A DNA stretch of 64,000 nt from an uncultured Chloroflexia bacterium (GTDB lineage Bacteria; Chloroflexota; Limnocylindria; Limnocylindrales; CSP1-4): the NCBI GenBank assembly GCA_963716025.1, contig CAVQSY010000003.1:55059-119058 (forward strand). The letters are read 5' to 3'. Position 1 is the first letter of the stretch. Every line of letters begins with the position of its first letter. The notes beneath the pieces were generated by a model. That model was not told the DNA's origin. It searched no databases and saw only the letters and a list, made by a program, of their open reading frames with translations. The translations under genes and the position numbers were made by a program. This document shows, in pieces, positions 27,611 through 38,175 of the stretch.

Positions 27611-29005
27611 ATGCGGACCCTGATCGCCAACGGCACCATCGTCACCGCCGACGGGTCGTACCAGGCCGATGTGCTGGTCGACGGCGAGACGATCGCGCAG
27701 GTCGGCTCCAACCTGGCCGGTGCGGGCGTGAGCGCGGACGAGACGATCGACGCGACCGGCAAGTACGTGATCCCGGGCGGAATCGACGCCCACACCCACA
27801 TGGAGCTGCCCTTCGGCGGGACCTTCGCCAAGGACACCTTCGAGACGGGCACCCGCGCGGCGGCGTTCGGCGGCACGACCTCGATCGTGGACTTCGCCGT
27901 CCAGGCGAAGGGCCAGTCGCTCCACGAGGGGCTCGACGCCTGGCACAAGAAGGCCGAGGGCAACGCCGTCGTCGACTACGGCTTCCACATGATCATGTCG
28001 GACGTCAACGATGCGACCCTGGCCGAGATGGACCAGCTGGTCGCCGAGGGCGTGCCGGACTTCAAGCTGTTCACCGCCTACCCGGGCGTCTTCCTTTCGC
28101 CGGACGACCACATCTTCCGGGCGATGCAGCAGACGAAGAAGAACGGCGGCCTCATCCTGATGCACGCCGAGAACGGACCCGTGATCGACATCCTGGCGGC
28201 GGAGCAGGTCGCAGCGGGCATGACCGATCCGCTCGGCCACGGGTTGGCCCGCGACTCGCGGATGGAGGCTGAGGCGACCAACCGGATGATCCGGCTGGCC
28301 GAGGTCGCCGGCGTTCCCGTGTACTTCGTCCACATGTCCGCCAAGGAGGCGCTGCAGGCCCTGATGGCGGCCCGCGACCGGGGCGCGATGGCCTGGGCGG
28401 AGACATGCCCCCAGTACCTCTACCTCAACCTCGATGACCTGGGCCACGGTTTCGAGGGCGCCAAGTTCGTCTGCTCGCCGCCGCTCCGCACGCCGGACCA
28501 TTCAGAGGCCCTCTGGGCGGCGCTCAAGCGGGACGACCTCCAGCTCGTGGGCACCGACCATTGTCCGTTCGACTTCCACGGCCAGAAGGAGCTTGGACGC
28601 GGGGACTTCCGCAAGATCCCCAACGGCCTGCCCGGCGTCGAAGAGCGCGTGGACCTCATGCACCAGGGCGTCATCGACGGGCGCTACACCAGGGAGCGCT
28701 GGGTCGAGATCGTGTCCACCGCCCCGGCCAAGATCTTCGGGATGTACCCGCAGAAGGGCGTGATCGCCGCCGGCTCCGATGCGGACCTCGTGGTCTACGA
28801 CCCGAACCGCAAGCACGTCCTGTCTGCCAAGACCCACCACATGGACGTCGACTACAGCTGCTACGAGGGGATGACCGTCCAGGGCGGCTCGGACGTCGTG
28901 CTGTCGCGTGGCACCGTGGTGGTCCGCGACGGTGAGTGGACCGGTCCTGCCGGCCACGGCAGGTTCCTCAAGCGCAGCCTCGCGAACTTCCCGCGCGTTT
29001 CATAG
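27611..29005 (+). CDS. dihydropyrimidinase / D-hydantoinase
   Basis: AGGAGGA then ATG at 27611. VIPGGIDAHTHMELPFGGT, DFKLFTAYPG, ILMHAENG, VYFVHMSAKEA, TDHCPF. Intact 464 aa. Confidence 0.9.
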   Translation: MRTLIANGTIVTADGSYQADVLVDGETIAQVGSNLAGAGVSADETIDATGKYVIPGGIDAHTHMELPFGGTFAKDTFETGTRAAAFGGTTSIVDFAVQAKGQSLHEGLDAWHKKAEGNAVVDYGFHMIMSDVNDATLAEMDQLVAEGVPDFKLFTAYPGVFLSPDDHIFRAMQQTKKNGGLILMHAENGPVIDILAAEQVAAGMTDPLGHGLARDSRMEAEATNRMIRLAEVAGVPVYFVHMSAKEALQALMAARDRGAMAWAETCPQYLYLNLDDLGHGFEGAKFVCSPPLRTPDHSEALWAALKRDDLQLVGTDHCPFDFHGQKELGRGDFRKIPNGLPGVEERVDLMHQGVIDGRYTRERWVEIVSTAPAKIFGMYPQKGVIAAGSDADLVVYDPNRKHVLSAKTHHMDVDYSCYEGMTVQGGSDVVLSRGTVVVRDGEWTGPAGHGRFLKRSLANFPRVS

Positions 29006-29272
29006 CCTCGGGCGCTGTGCCCGTCGGCCCGGTTCGCCCCGCGGGGCCCGGCCCGACGGGTGCGCGCGCCACCTCACCCGAACCGGGGCGTCGGACGCCC
29101 CAACCGTCGCGTCATGGGACGAGTCGGTCTCGGGGCGCTCCACCGGTCACGCAGCCGGGCAGGTCGCGGGATGTTCAGGAGTCCGGGCGCCCGAACTGGC
29201 GCGCCACGCGCTGGTTGGGGCTGCCAGCGTCCGGCGGGCGCGGCGAGCTGGCTCCCGGGTGCCCGGCAGGAC

Positions 29273-29686
29273 CTATGACGAGCAGCCGACGCAATCCTCG
29301 GCGTGCAGACCCAGCGCCTCGCGCGCCTTGCACTCGTCGTCTACGCAGAAGGCCATCTCGAGCTTGCCGGGCTTCGCGCCGGCCTGGATCATGCCGCTGA
29401 CCATGACGCCCGCATCGGCGAGCTTCTGGCTCACGGCGCCGAGGCTTCCGGGCTCATCGGGGATCTCGACCATCACGGGTTCACCCTCGATGAACACGTG
29501 GCCCAATCCCTTGAGCACCGAGCGAGCGGCATCGTCGTCCGTGAAGGTCACGAACATGCACTGGAGCGGCCCGGTCCCGGCACATGCGGCGTGATGGATC
29601 TGCACGCCTCGCTGGGCGAAGGTGCGGCTGAGCAGCGCGAGCTCGCCGGGATGGTTGTCAAGCTGGACGACGAACTGCCGGGCCAT
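29273..29686 (-). CDS. tandem ACT-domain protein
   Basis: Start MARQFVVQLDNHPGELALLSRTFAQRGVQI. Second ACT-like half VMVEIPDEPGSLGAVSQKLADAGVMV. Confidence 0.6.
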   Translation of the reverse strand: MARQFVVQLDNHPGELALLSRTFAQRGVQIHHAACAGTGPLQCMFVTFTDDDAARSVLKGLGHVFIEGEPVMVEIPDEPGSLGAVSQKLADAGVMVSGMIQAGAKPGKLEMAFCVDDECKAREALGLHAEDCVGCSS

Positions 29687-29856
29687 GGAAGCGCTCCCCT
29701 GGGTGGATTCCCCGCGATCGGCGCAAGCCTCATCCCCCACGGCGGGGCCGGACCAGTGCCGGACGGCGCTCGAAGGTCCCGACCGGTATCCCGCGAACGG
29801 GCCAACGGGCATAGATTCGGGTGGTCGAGGCATCGTCGCCACCAGGAGCCGTCGCC

Positions 29857-30162
29857 ATGTTCGTGACTCTCGTCCACTGCCATGTCAAGCCCGAGCACGC
29901 CAACGCGTTCGAGGACGCCTGCCGGGCCAACTGCGAGGCCTCCAGTCGAGAGCCAGGCAACATCCGGTTCGACCTCCTGCGGCTCGCCGAGGACGCGACC
30001 CGCTTCGTGCTCTACGAGTGGTACGTGGACGAGGCGGCCGCCCGTGCCCACAGGGACACCCCGCACTACGCGACGTGGCGTGAGGCAACAGCCGGGATGT
30101 TCGCAGAAGACCGGTACGGCGTCCGATACACGGGCCTGTTTCCCGAAACCCCTGCCTCGTGA
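29857..30162 (+). CDS. antibiotic-biosynthesis-monooxygenase (ABM/Dabb fold) protein
   Basis: AGGAG then ATG at 29857. MFVTLVHCHVKPEHANAFEDACRANCEASSREPGNIRFDLLRLAEDATRFVLYEWYVDEAAARAHRDTPHY. Confidence 0.75.
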   Translation: MFVTLVHCHVKPEHANAFEDACRANCEASSREPGNIRFDLLRLAEDATRFVLYEWYVDEAAARAHRDTPHYATWREATAGMFAEDRYGVRYTGLFPETPAS

Positions 30163-31472
30163 GCGATCCCGGCTCCCGGGTGCCGCAGCAGGGGTCCCGG
30201 GTGCCGCAGCAGGGGTCCCGGGTGCCGCAGCAGGGGTCCCGGGTGCCGCGACCAGGGTCCAAGGCGGTCGAGCCCGTACTCCCATTCGTGCTCGGGCGGA
30301 TCCCGAGGATCACGTTTGGCGCGGGCACGTTCGGGCAGCTGCCGGGCACTGTGGCAGCGCATGGCGGCCGCGTGCTGCTGGTCACCGGCGGCCGATCGCT
30401 GGCGGCGTCGGGCCGGCGCGACGACCTGCTGGCGGGCCTGCGGGCTTCGGGCGTCACGGTTGCGGGTGAGGTGGCCGTCACCGACGAGCCGTCCCCGGGC
30501 CTCGTGGACGGCGCGGTGCGTGCCCATCGCGATGTCGCCGTGGACGTGGTCCTGGGGATCGGGGGTGGCAGCGTGCTCGACGCCGCCAAGGCGATCGCGG
30601 GGTTGCTCCGGTCCGGTTCCAGCGTGGAGGACCACCTCGAGGGACTGCCCGACTACCGCCCATACGATGGCGTGCCGGTGCCGCTCGTCGCTGTCCCGAC
30701 GACGGCGGGCACGGGCTCCGAGGCCACGCGCAACGCGGTGCTGAGCGAGCGCGGTCCGGCCGGCTACAAGCGATCCTTCCGCGACGAGCGTCTCGTGGCG
30801 GCGGACGCGGTCATCGACCCGGACCTGCTGGCCGGCGCCGACCCCTCGCGGATCGCGGCCCACGGCATGGACGCCGTCACGCAGCTCCTCGAGGCCTACG
30901 TGTCAACGAAGGCTGGGCCCGTCACCGACACGCTGGCGCTGGACGGGCTACGAGCAGCTCGTGTCGCGCTGCTGCCGTGGCACGCGGACCCCGACGGCCC
31001 GGCGGCACCGGCAGCCCGCTCGAGGATGGCCTACGCGGCACTGCTGTCGGGGATCTGCCTCGCGCACGCCGGATTGGGAGGCGTCCACGGGCTAGCCTCT
31101 CCGCTCGGCGCCCAGCTCCCCATGCCCCATGGCGTCGCCTGTGGAACGACCCTCGCCGGCATCACGGCGGCGAACGTGGCGGCGCTTGAGGCGCGCGACC
31201 CTGGCTCGGCGACCCTCGGCCGCTACGCGACCCTGGGCCGGCTCCTGGCCGGCCTGCCCGAGTCGACCCCTCCGGACGAGGCACGCGCCGCCCTGGTCGC
31301 GGAGCTCCGGCGGTGGACGGCCGCGCTGGCCATTCGCGGGTTGCGCGCGTACGGCCTCACCGAGGGCGGGATCCCGGCGGTGGTCGCCGACGCCCGCGGC
31401 AGCTCGATGCGGACCAACCCGGTCACCCTGACCGACGAGGAGCTGGCCTCCGTCCTGCTCGCTGCACTCTGA
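30159..31472 (+). CDS. iron-containing (group III) alcohol dehydrogenase
   Basis: GTG overlaps the ABM stop (GTGA). ...VLGIGGGSVLDAAKAIAG...VPLVAVPTTAGTGSEATRNAVL...HGMDAVTQLLEAYVS...GGVHGLASPLG. The N-terminus carries (GSRVPQQ) repeats. Confidence 0.85.
   Translation: MSDPGSRVPQQGSRVPQQGSRVPQQGSRVPRPGSKAVEPVLPFVLGRIPRITFGAGTFGQLPGTVAAHGGRVLLVTGGRSLAASGRRDDLLAGLRASGVTVAGEVAVTDEPSPGLVDGAVRAHRDVAVDVVLGIGGGSVLDAAKAIAGLLRSGSSVEDHLEGLPDYRPYDGVPVPLVAVPTTAGTGSEATRNAVLSERGPAGYKRSFRDERLVAADAVIDPDLLAGADPSRIAAHGMDAVTQLLEAYVSTKAGPVTDTLALDGLRAARVALLPWHADPDGPAAPAARSRMAYAALLSGICLAHAGLGGVHGLASPLGAQLPMPHGVACGTTLAGITAANVAALEARDPGSATLGRYATLGRLLAGLPESTPPDEARAALVAELRRWTAALAIRGLRAYGLTEGGIPAVVADARGSSMRTNPVTLTDEELASVLLAAL
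30174..30257. repeat. tandem repeat, 21-bp unit TCCCGGGTGCCGCAGCAGGGG x4 (last unit diverged)
   Basis: Units at 30174, 30195, 30216 and 30237. In frame at the 5' end of the alcohol dehydrogenase ORF. Confidence 0.95.
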
Positions 31473-31485
31473 GCCGGCGCCCGGC

Positions 31486-32475
31486 TCAGATCCGGGGGCG
31501 CGCAGACGGGTCAGGCCAGTCCGGCTCGCCCGGTGCCTTCGCCGGCCGCGGCGCCAACCCCGTGACGGCCACGGACCCCGGAACCACGACCAGCCGCGCG
31601 CGTCTCCCGCGCACCACCGCGACCCAGCCGATGATCAGCATCAGCCCGTACGACACCGCAGCGATCGCAATCGAGATCAACTGGTCCATCCGCAGCGGTC
31701 CCAACACCTCGGGGTCACGCCAGGTGGTCGCGACGATCGCCCGCGCGATCGCCCACGACCCGATCGCGAACAGGAACGCCCCGCCGTTGCGACCGGGGAA
31801 GGCATCAAAGGCGATCACCCAGCTGACGATGATGACCACGGCGAGGGTGGCCAGCGCCTCGTAGATCTGGGCGGGATGCGCCGCCAGCTGGGGCGCCAGC
31901 GAGCCCCACGGTCCGGGTCCGGCGTAGGCCGTGGCCCACGACGCATCGCTGAGCGTGCCCTGACCACTGCCCCCGAGGGCCATCACCGCCTTGCCGGCCG
32001 CCAGCCCCAGCAGCACCGGCATCGTCATCGCGTGTAGCCATCGACCGAGGGGTGCCCCGAGCAGTCCGGCCACGATCGACGCCGTGATCACGCCGCCAAC
32101 GACGCCCAACGAGAGCTGGAGGCCGCCCTGGCCCAGATCGAGCAGCGCGCCGGGATTGGCCTGGTAGAAGTCCCAGTGGAGAAGCCAGTAGCCGAGGCGC
32201 GCGCCCACCGCGGCGCCCGGCAGCGCAGCCACCGCGATGTACAGCAGGTCGTCGGCGCGGAGCCAGTTGCGCTCCGCCGGGTCCCGGCCCGGGGCGTCGG
32301 CCGGCTTGTTGAGATCGATGGGCGTGGCGTGGGCCGCGAACGCCGCGATCAGGACGGCCAGGAATACGACGAGGGCAATGCCGAGCGTCTCGAGGCGGAC
32401 GCTGAAGTCGCCGATCCGGACGATCGGGTCAAACGCGAGCTCGATGACGGCGCGGGGCGCCACGAGGTGGAGCAC
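31486..32475 (-). CDS. divergent prolipoprotein diacylglyceryl transferase (Lgt)-like membrane protein
   Basis: Multi-TM protein with an Lgt-like layout. ...AALPGAAVGARLGYWLL... and AAHPAQIYEALATLAVVII (the HPxQxYE block). The GRxGNFxNxE block seen in the canonical copy at 43018..44100 is not recognisable. Confidence 0.6.
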   Translation of the reverse strand: MLHLVAPRAVIELAFDPIVRIGDFSVRLETLGIALVVFLAVLIAAFAAHATPIDLNKPADAPGRDPAERNWLRADDLLYIAVAALPGAAVGARLGYWLLHWDFYQANPGALLDLGQGGLQLSLGVVGGVITASIVAGLLGAPLGRWLHAMTMPVLLGLAAGKAVMALGGSGQGTLSDASWATAYAGPGPWGSLAPQLAAHPAQIYEALATLAVVIIVSWVIAFDAFPGRNGGAFLFAIGSWAIARAIVATTWRDPEVLGPLRMDQLISIAIAAVSYGLMLIIGWVAVVRGRRARLVVVPGSVAVTGLAPRPAKAPGEPDWPDPSARPRI

Positions 32476-32570
32476 GACGCGGCGAGTCTACCGTGCCAGA
32501 CACCACCGGCTGGGACCCCCAGCCACCGGTCGCGAGGGAACCTGACCAGCCGGTCGCGCGTTATGGGCCC

Positions 32571-33053
32571 ATGATCACTCGACCCGTGCCCCGCCTCCCC
32601 GCCGCCCTCGTGCTGGTCGCGCTGGCAATCGCGGCGTGCTCGAGCGGCGCCGGCCCCGCGACCCCGACATCCGCCGCAGCATCCCCGTCGGCGCCGGCCA
32701 CGCTGGCGCCGGCCACGCCCGCACCGTCCACCCTGGTCGCAAGCATGGAGCCCCCGACCGCCATCCCGGGCACGAGCGATGCGATCCCGGCCCCCTACCT
32801 CGAGGCGGCGATCGCCGATGCCGCGTCGCGCGCCGGCGTTGAACCGGCCGACGTCATCCTCGTCTCGGCCGAGTCTCGCGACTGGCCATCCGGCGCCTTG
32901 GGCTGCCCGGTGATGGGCTTCATGTACACCGACGTGATCACGCCGGGCTATCGGATCGTCGTGGAGGCGGGCGGTGCGACCTACGACTACCGGGCTGGAA
33001 CCCGGGGTACCGGTGAGGTCCGCCTGTGCGAGAACCCGCTCGGGCCAGGCTGA
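32571..33053 (+). CDS. small lipoprotein, unknown function
   Basis: MITRPVPRLPAALVLVALAIAACSSG (lipobox IAAC), a Pro/Ala linker, and a globular C-terminal domain with two Cys. Confidence 0.65.
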   Translation: MITRPVPRLPAALVLVALAIAACSSGAGPATPTSAAASPSAPATLAPATPAPSTLVASMEPPTAIPGTSDAIPAPYLEAAIADAASRAGVEPADVILVSAESRDWPSGALGCPVMGFMYTDVITPGYRIVVEAGGATYDYRAGTRGTGEVRLCENPLGPG

Positions 33054-33098
33054 TCGGCGCACGCGGTCCCGGTGCGGCCTGTCACGGCGTGGCCGGGA

Positions 33099-34088
<990 letters not shown>

Positions 34089-34153
34089 TCAGGTGGCCTG
34101 CATTCTAGCCCCGGCCGCTGCCCAGGAACCCCGCGTCCTCCACCCGCTTGGCG

Positions 34154-35758
34154 TCAGCCCTCGGCGACCGGGTCCGGGTCCACCGGGATCGGTCCAGCCG
34201 TGCGGACCGCTTCGGAGACGCCGGCGGCGTACTTCGCGAAGTTCTCGTGGAACATGCCGGCGATCCTGCGGGCAGCCTCGTCGTATGCCCCGGGGTCCGC
34301 CCACGTGTTGCGCGGGAACAGGACCTCGTCGGGGACGCCGGGGACGCTGACCGGGATCGCCACCCGGAAGATCGGGTCGACCACCGTCTCGACGGCGTCG
34401 AGCTCGCCGTTGATTGCCGCACGGACCATGTTCCGCGTGTGGTTGATGTTCATCCGATGGCCGGTCCCGTACGGGCCGCCCGTCCAGCCGGTGTTCACCA
34501 GCCAGACAGGGACGTCGAACTTGTCCAGGCGGTCCATCAGCATGTGCGCGTACTCGCCGGGGTGGCGGGGCAGGAACGGGGCGCCGAAACCCGCGCTGAA
34601 CGTGGCGCTGGGCTCCTTGACGCCGATCTCGGTGCCGGCGAGCTTGGCGGTGTAGCCGCTGATGAAGTGGTAGGCCGCCTGCTCCCGGGTGAGCCGGCTG
34701 ATCGGGGGCAGGACGCCGAATGCGTCGGCCGTGAGGAAGACCACGTGCTCCGGTCCGGGGGCCACGCCCGTGGGGTCTGCATTGCCGATGAAATGGAGCG
34801 GATACGCCGCGCGGGTGTTCTCGGTGAAGCGCTCGGAGTCCAGGTCCAGCTCCCGCGTCTCGGGGAACATGTCGGTGTTCTCGAGGATGGTCCCGAAGCG
34901 CTTCGTCGTGGCGAAGATGTCCGGCTCGTACATGGGAGACAGCCGGATCGTCTTGGCGTAGCAGCCACCCTCGAAGTTGAAGGTGTAGCCGTCGCCCCAG
35001 CCGTGCTCGTCGTCACCGATCAGGCTGCGCTGCGGGTCGGCCGACAGGGTGGTCTTCCCGGTGCCGGAAAGGCCGAAGAAGATGACGGAGTCGCCCTTCA
35101 CGCCCACGTTGATCGAGGAATGCATCGGCAGCACGCCCTCGTCGGGCATCAGGTAGTTCATCACGGTGAACGCGGACTTCTTGATCTCCCCCGCGTACAT
35201 CGTGCCGACGATGATGATCTCCATCCGCTGCAGGTGGAGGAGGATCGCCGTGCCGGTCCGCGTGCCCTCGGTCTCCGGGTCCGCCTGGAAGCTGGGCACG
35301 TTGATGATCGTGAAGTTGGGGGCGAAGGTCGCCAGGTCCTCGCGCGGCGGGCGGCGGAACAGGTTGCGCGCGAAGATGCTGGCCCAGGCCGTCTCGGTAT
35401 AGACGCGCAGGCTACGCCGGTGGGCCGAGTGGGCGCCGATGTACATGTCCTGTGCGTACAGGCGCCGGTCCGCGACGTACGTCATGAGGCGCGCCCGGAG
35501 GCGGTCGTAGTGCGCCTCGCTGATCTCCTGGTTGACCTCGCCCCACCAGACCTTGGCCTCGCTCCACGGCTCACGAACGAGGAACTTGTCCCTGGGCGAA
35601 CGGCCCGTGTGCTGGCCCGTCCGCACGACCAGCGGCCCCTCCGCCGCGAGCGTCCCTTCGTCCTCGCGGATGGCGCGCTCGTAGAGCTCGGCGACGGGGA
35701 GGTTGGCGAGGACGGAGCCCCCGATGGTCCCGGTTGGGGCCGGCACAGTCATCGACAT
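34154..35758 (-). CDS. pckA: phosphoenolpyruvate carboxykinase (ATP)
   Basis: TGQHTGRSPRDKFLV, FFGLSGTGKTTLSADP, LIGDDEHGW, FEGGCYAK. I prefer ATG at 35758 (MSMTVPAP), which has GAGG 9 nt upstream, over the track start at 35788. Confidence 0.9.
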   Translation of the reverse strand: MSMTVPAPTGTIGGSVLANLPVAELYERAIREDEGTLAAEGPLVVRTGQHTGRSPRDKFLVREPWSEAKVWWGEVNQEISEAHYDRLRARLMTYVADRRLYAQDMYIGAHSAHRRSLRVYTETAWASIFARNLFRRPPREDLATFAPNFTIINVPSFQADPETEGTRTGTAILLHLQRMEIIIVGTMYAGEIKKSAFTVMNYLMPDEGVLPMHSSINVGVKGDSVIFFGLSGTGKTTLSADPQRSLIGDDEHGWGDGYTFNFEGGCYAKTIRLSPMYEPDIFATTKRFGTILENTDMFPETRELDLDSERFTENTRAAYPLHFIGNADPTGVAPGPEHVVFLTADAFGVLPPISRLTREQAAYHFISGYTAKLAGTEIGVKEPSATFSAGFGAPFLPRHPGEYAHMLMDRLDKFDVPVWLVNTGWTGGPYGTGHRMNINHTRNMVRAAINGELDAVETVVDPIFRVAIPVSVPGVPDEVLFPRNTWADPGAYDEAARRIAGMFHENFAKYAAGVSEAVRTAGPIPVDPDPVAEG

Positions 35759-36040
35759 GATCGAATACCTCGGCTGGGACGCGAGCATGCACGCCCGCGG
35801 GTGGCTCTGACCGGCCGCGCGTGACGGGTCCCAAGGGGACCCGGGAGTCGGCTTCCGCAGTCAAGGTTGCGATTCGGTTGCCGATCATGATACCGGGGTG
35901 CGCAACCTGCGGGGCACGGGCGTTCCGGCGGCAGGACGGTGATCCATCCGCAGGTCGAGGGTGCGCACACCACGCAGGGCGAGGAGGCGGGCGAAGAAGC
36001 CGGGCACGACGCCCATCGCGTTCCTGGGGCAGCGCAGGAT

Positions 36041-38029
36041 CTATTCCGAGCGGTCCACGTCGACGGTCCACTGCGAGTCCACGCCGGCCGCCGGCACGAC
36101 CTGCGACCAGTCCTCGTAGATGAGGCCGCCGACCTCCGGCAGGTGGATCCGGTACCCCACGTCCGGCGAGGACCAGCGGCTGTCGTTGAACGGCGCGTAG
36201 GGCCCGACGATCGTCTTCCCGTCGACGAGCCGCCGCCCCGTGTACGGGATCGGCGCGTCGCAGGCTCCGATGCCATCGGCGGGCTCGAGCGGGTAGAACG
36301 AGAGGATGAGGTCCTCGGTGCCGGGGGTGCCCGCTACCAGGGTGTCCTGATCGCGGATCAGCGCACCACCCGGGACCACCCGCCCGACGACCCAGAGCTG
36401 CTGGGTCGTGGTGGTCGGGGCGTGGCACTCGCCGGCGACGAGCGGGAGCGTCAGCGTCATGTCGGTGGTGCTGGCGATGACGCCGCGCATCAGGCCCCGG
36501 TACGTGCCGTCGGGATACTTCGTGAGCAGGCCCTCCGCGCTGTCCGTGCCGTTCCGGTGCGCCTGGGCGTCCATGCCGATCCCGATCCCGACCGTGACGT
36601 CGTAGACATCCGTGAGCGAGAGGTTGATGCCCGGGCCGTGGAACCCGATCGCGAACCCGCGCGTGGAGGACACCCGGCGGCCGCGAACCATCCCCGAGCC
36701 GAGCACGTGCTGCTGGACCCATGGGTCGCTCGACTCGTAGAACGCCTCGATCAGCTGCCACTTGTCGACGCTGGCGTACAGGCTGGCGAAATCCTCGGCC
36801 TCGAAGCCGACTCCGTCCGCCGGCTCGCGGCGCGGGTTGTAGACGACCCTGGCGTCGCCGGCGGCGGAGGCCGGCGTCACGGCGGGCAGGCTGCGATCGA
36901 GGCTCCCGTGCTTCTGGAGGCTGGACGGGTCGCTGGTCTCCCACCGGATCTCGAGCCCGAGCGGGTCGCCCCGGTCCCCGTTCACCTGCTCGAGGAGGTG
37001 GCGCCCGGTGGTCGGCGAGACCAGCGGGACGGACGGCCCCAGCCAGGCACCGATCGTGCCCGGGTCACCCGGACCGCCGTGACCCTCGTGGACCTCCCCC
37101 TGGGTGACGTCGAACCCGATCAGTGACGCCAGTGTCCGGATGTGGACCATGAGCTCGGTGCCTTCGTCGTAGGTCAGGACGCCCGGCCGGATCCCCGTCG
37201 CCGGCAGGTTCGGCTGGGCCGTGCCCCACGGCGGGCCGAGCGCCGCTGCGGCGATGCCAGCGCCGGGCACGATCCCGGCGAAACGCTCGTCGGCCGGTCC
37301 GACGAAGCCGTCGACGAACAGCAGCCAGGCGTGGACGGAGGTCATCCGGAACGACCCGTCGATCGGCTGCCCGAGCAGCACCTGGGGCACGAGGTCATCC
37401 GGGCGCTCGGCGTAGGCGTCGGCGTAGGCTCGCGTGAACGCGCGGGCGTCAAGGTCCGGGATGAACGGAGCCACGTCCGCGTACAGGTCGTCCATGGCGA
37501 ACGGGAGCGCCCCGTCCTCCTGCTCCAGCGAGTCCGCGAGCTCCGCAGCCGAGCGGTCGATCAGGTCCCGGACCTCGACGTCGAACAGCCACGGGTCGCC
37601 CGCCTCGTGCTCGGCCCCTTCCCGGACCGGGGTGCCGTCCGGCGCGTAGATGCCGACGCCCATGAGCGCGAGCAGCGACACGACGCCGACGTCGACCCGC
37701 GACGGGTCGTACAGTGCCTCACCCACGGCGAACGGGTCGACCAGGGACGGGGCCGGCAACGCAGCCTCCCGAGGGGTGCCCGGACCCGGTCCGGGCAGGA
37801 CCGGCTCGGCGGGGTTCGGTGCGATCGAGGGCGTCGCCTGGCCGGCGGGTGTCGGAGGGCCGCCGGACGGGGCGCCCGTCGCCGCGGGCGTGGAGGTGGT
37901 CGACGGTGCGGCGCAGGAAGCGACCGCGACCAGGAGGGCAGCGCTGAATGCGAGCGCGCGCCGGGAGGCCCTCCGCGGCGGCCGCACGCGCCGGACTGGC
38001 GTGCGTGGCGGGCGAAGGGGGCCGGGCAT
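36041..38029 (-). CDS. large lipoprotein (662 aa), no recognisable domain
   Basis: ATG at 38029. MPGPLRPPRTPVRRVRPPRRASRRALAFSAALLVAVASCAAPS (lipobox VASC), a Pro-rich linker, then about 580 aa with no motif I can name. Confidence 0.65.
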   Translation of the reverse strand: MPGPLRPPRTPVRRVRPPRRASRRALAFSAALLVAVASCAAPSTTSTPAATGAPSGGPPTPAGQATPSIAPNPAEPVLPGPGPGTPREAALPAPSLVDPFAVGEALYDPSRVDVGVVSLLALMGVGIYAPDGTPVREGAEHEAGDPWLFDVEVRDLIDRSAAELADSLEQEDGALPFAMDDLYADVAPFIPDLDARAFTRAYADAYAERPDDLVPQVLLGQPIDGSFRMTSVHAWLLFVDGFVGPADERFAGIVPGAGIAAAALGPPWGTAQPNLPATGIRPGVLTYDEGTELMVHIRTLASLIGFDVTQGEVHEGHGGPGDPGTIGAWLGPSVPLVSPTTGRHLLEQVNGDRGDPLGLEIRWETSDPSSLQKHGSLDRSLPAVTPASAAGDARVVYNPRREPADGVGFEAEDFASLYASVDKWQLIEAFYESSDPWVQQHVLGSGMVRGRRVSSTRGFAIGFHGPGINLSLTDVYDVTVGIGIGMDAQAHRNGTDSAEGLLTKYPDGTYRGLMRGVIASTTDMTLTLPLVAGECHAPTTTTQQLWVVGRVVPGGALIRDQDTLVAGTPGTEDLILSFYPLEPADGIGACDAPIPYTGRRLVDGKTIVGPYAPFNDSRWSSPDVGYRIHLPEVGGLIYEDWSQVVPAAGVDSQWTVDVDRSE

Positions 38030-38175
38030 GTCCGCAGGCTGGCGGCCCGTGCTCGCGCCGTCATCGTCAACCTGCGCCACGCAGGCGGACGGAGCCCTTG
38101 CATCCGGAGTGACGAGGCGCCAGCATGCGCCCACGCGCAGACCCTTGGGAGCGCGGGCGGATCGAGAGGCAGGAC

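Noticed and set aside
35825-35843. Hairpin CGGGTCCC-AAG-GGGACCCG between the large lipoprotein gene and pckA, as a possible terminator.
   Set aside because: The stem is perfect, but there is no T/U tract on either strand, and it lies about 200 nt from the upstream stop. The evidence is insufficient to annotate a terminator.
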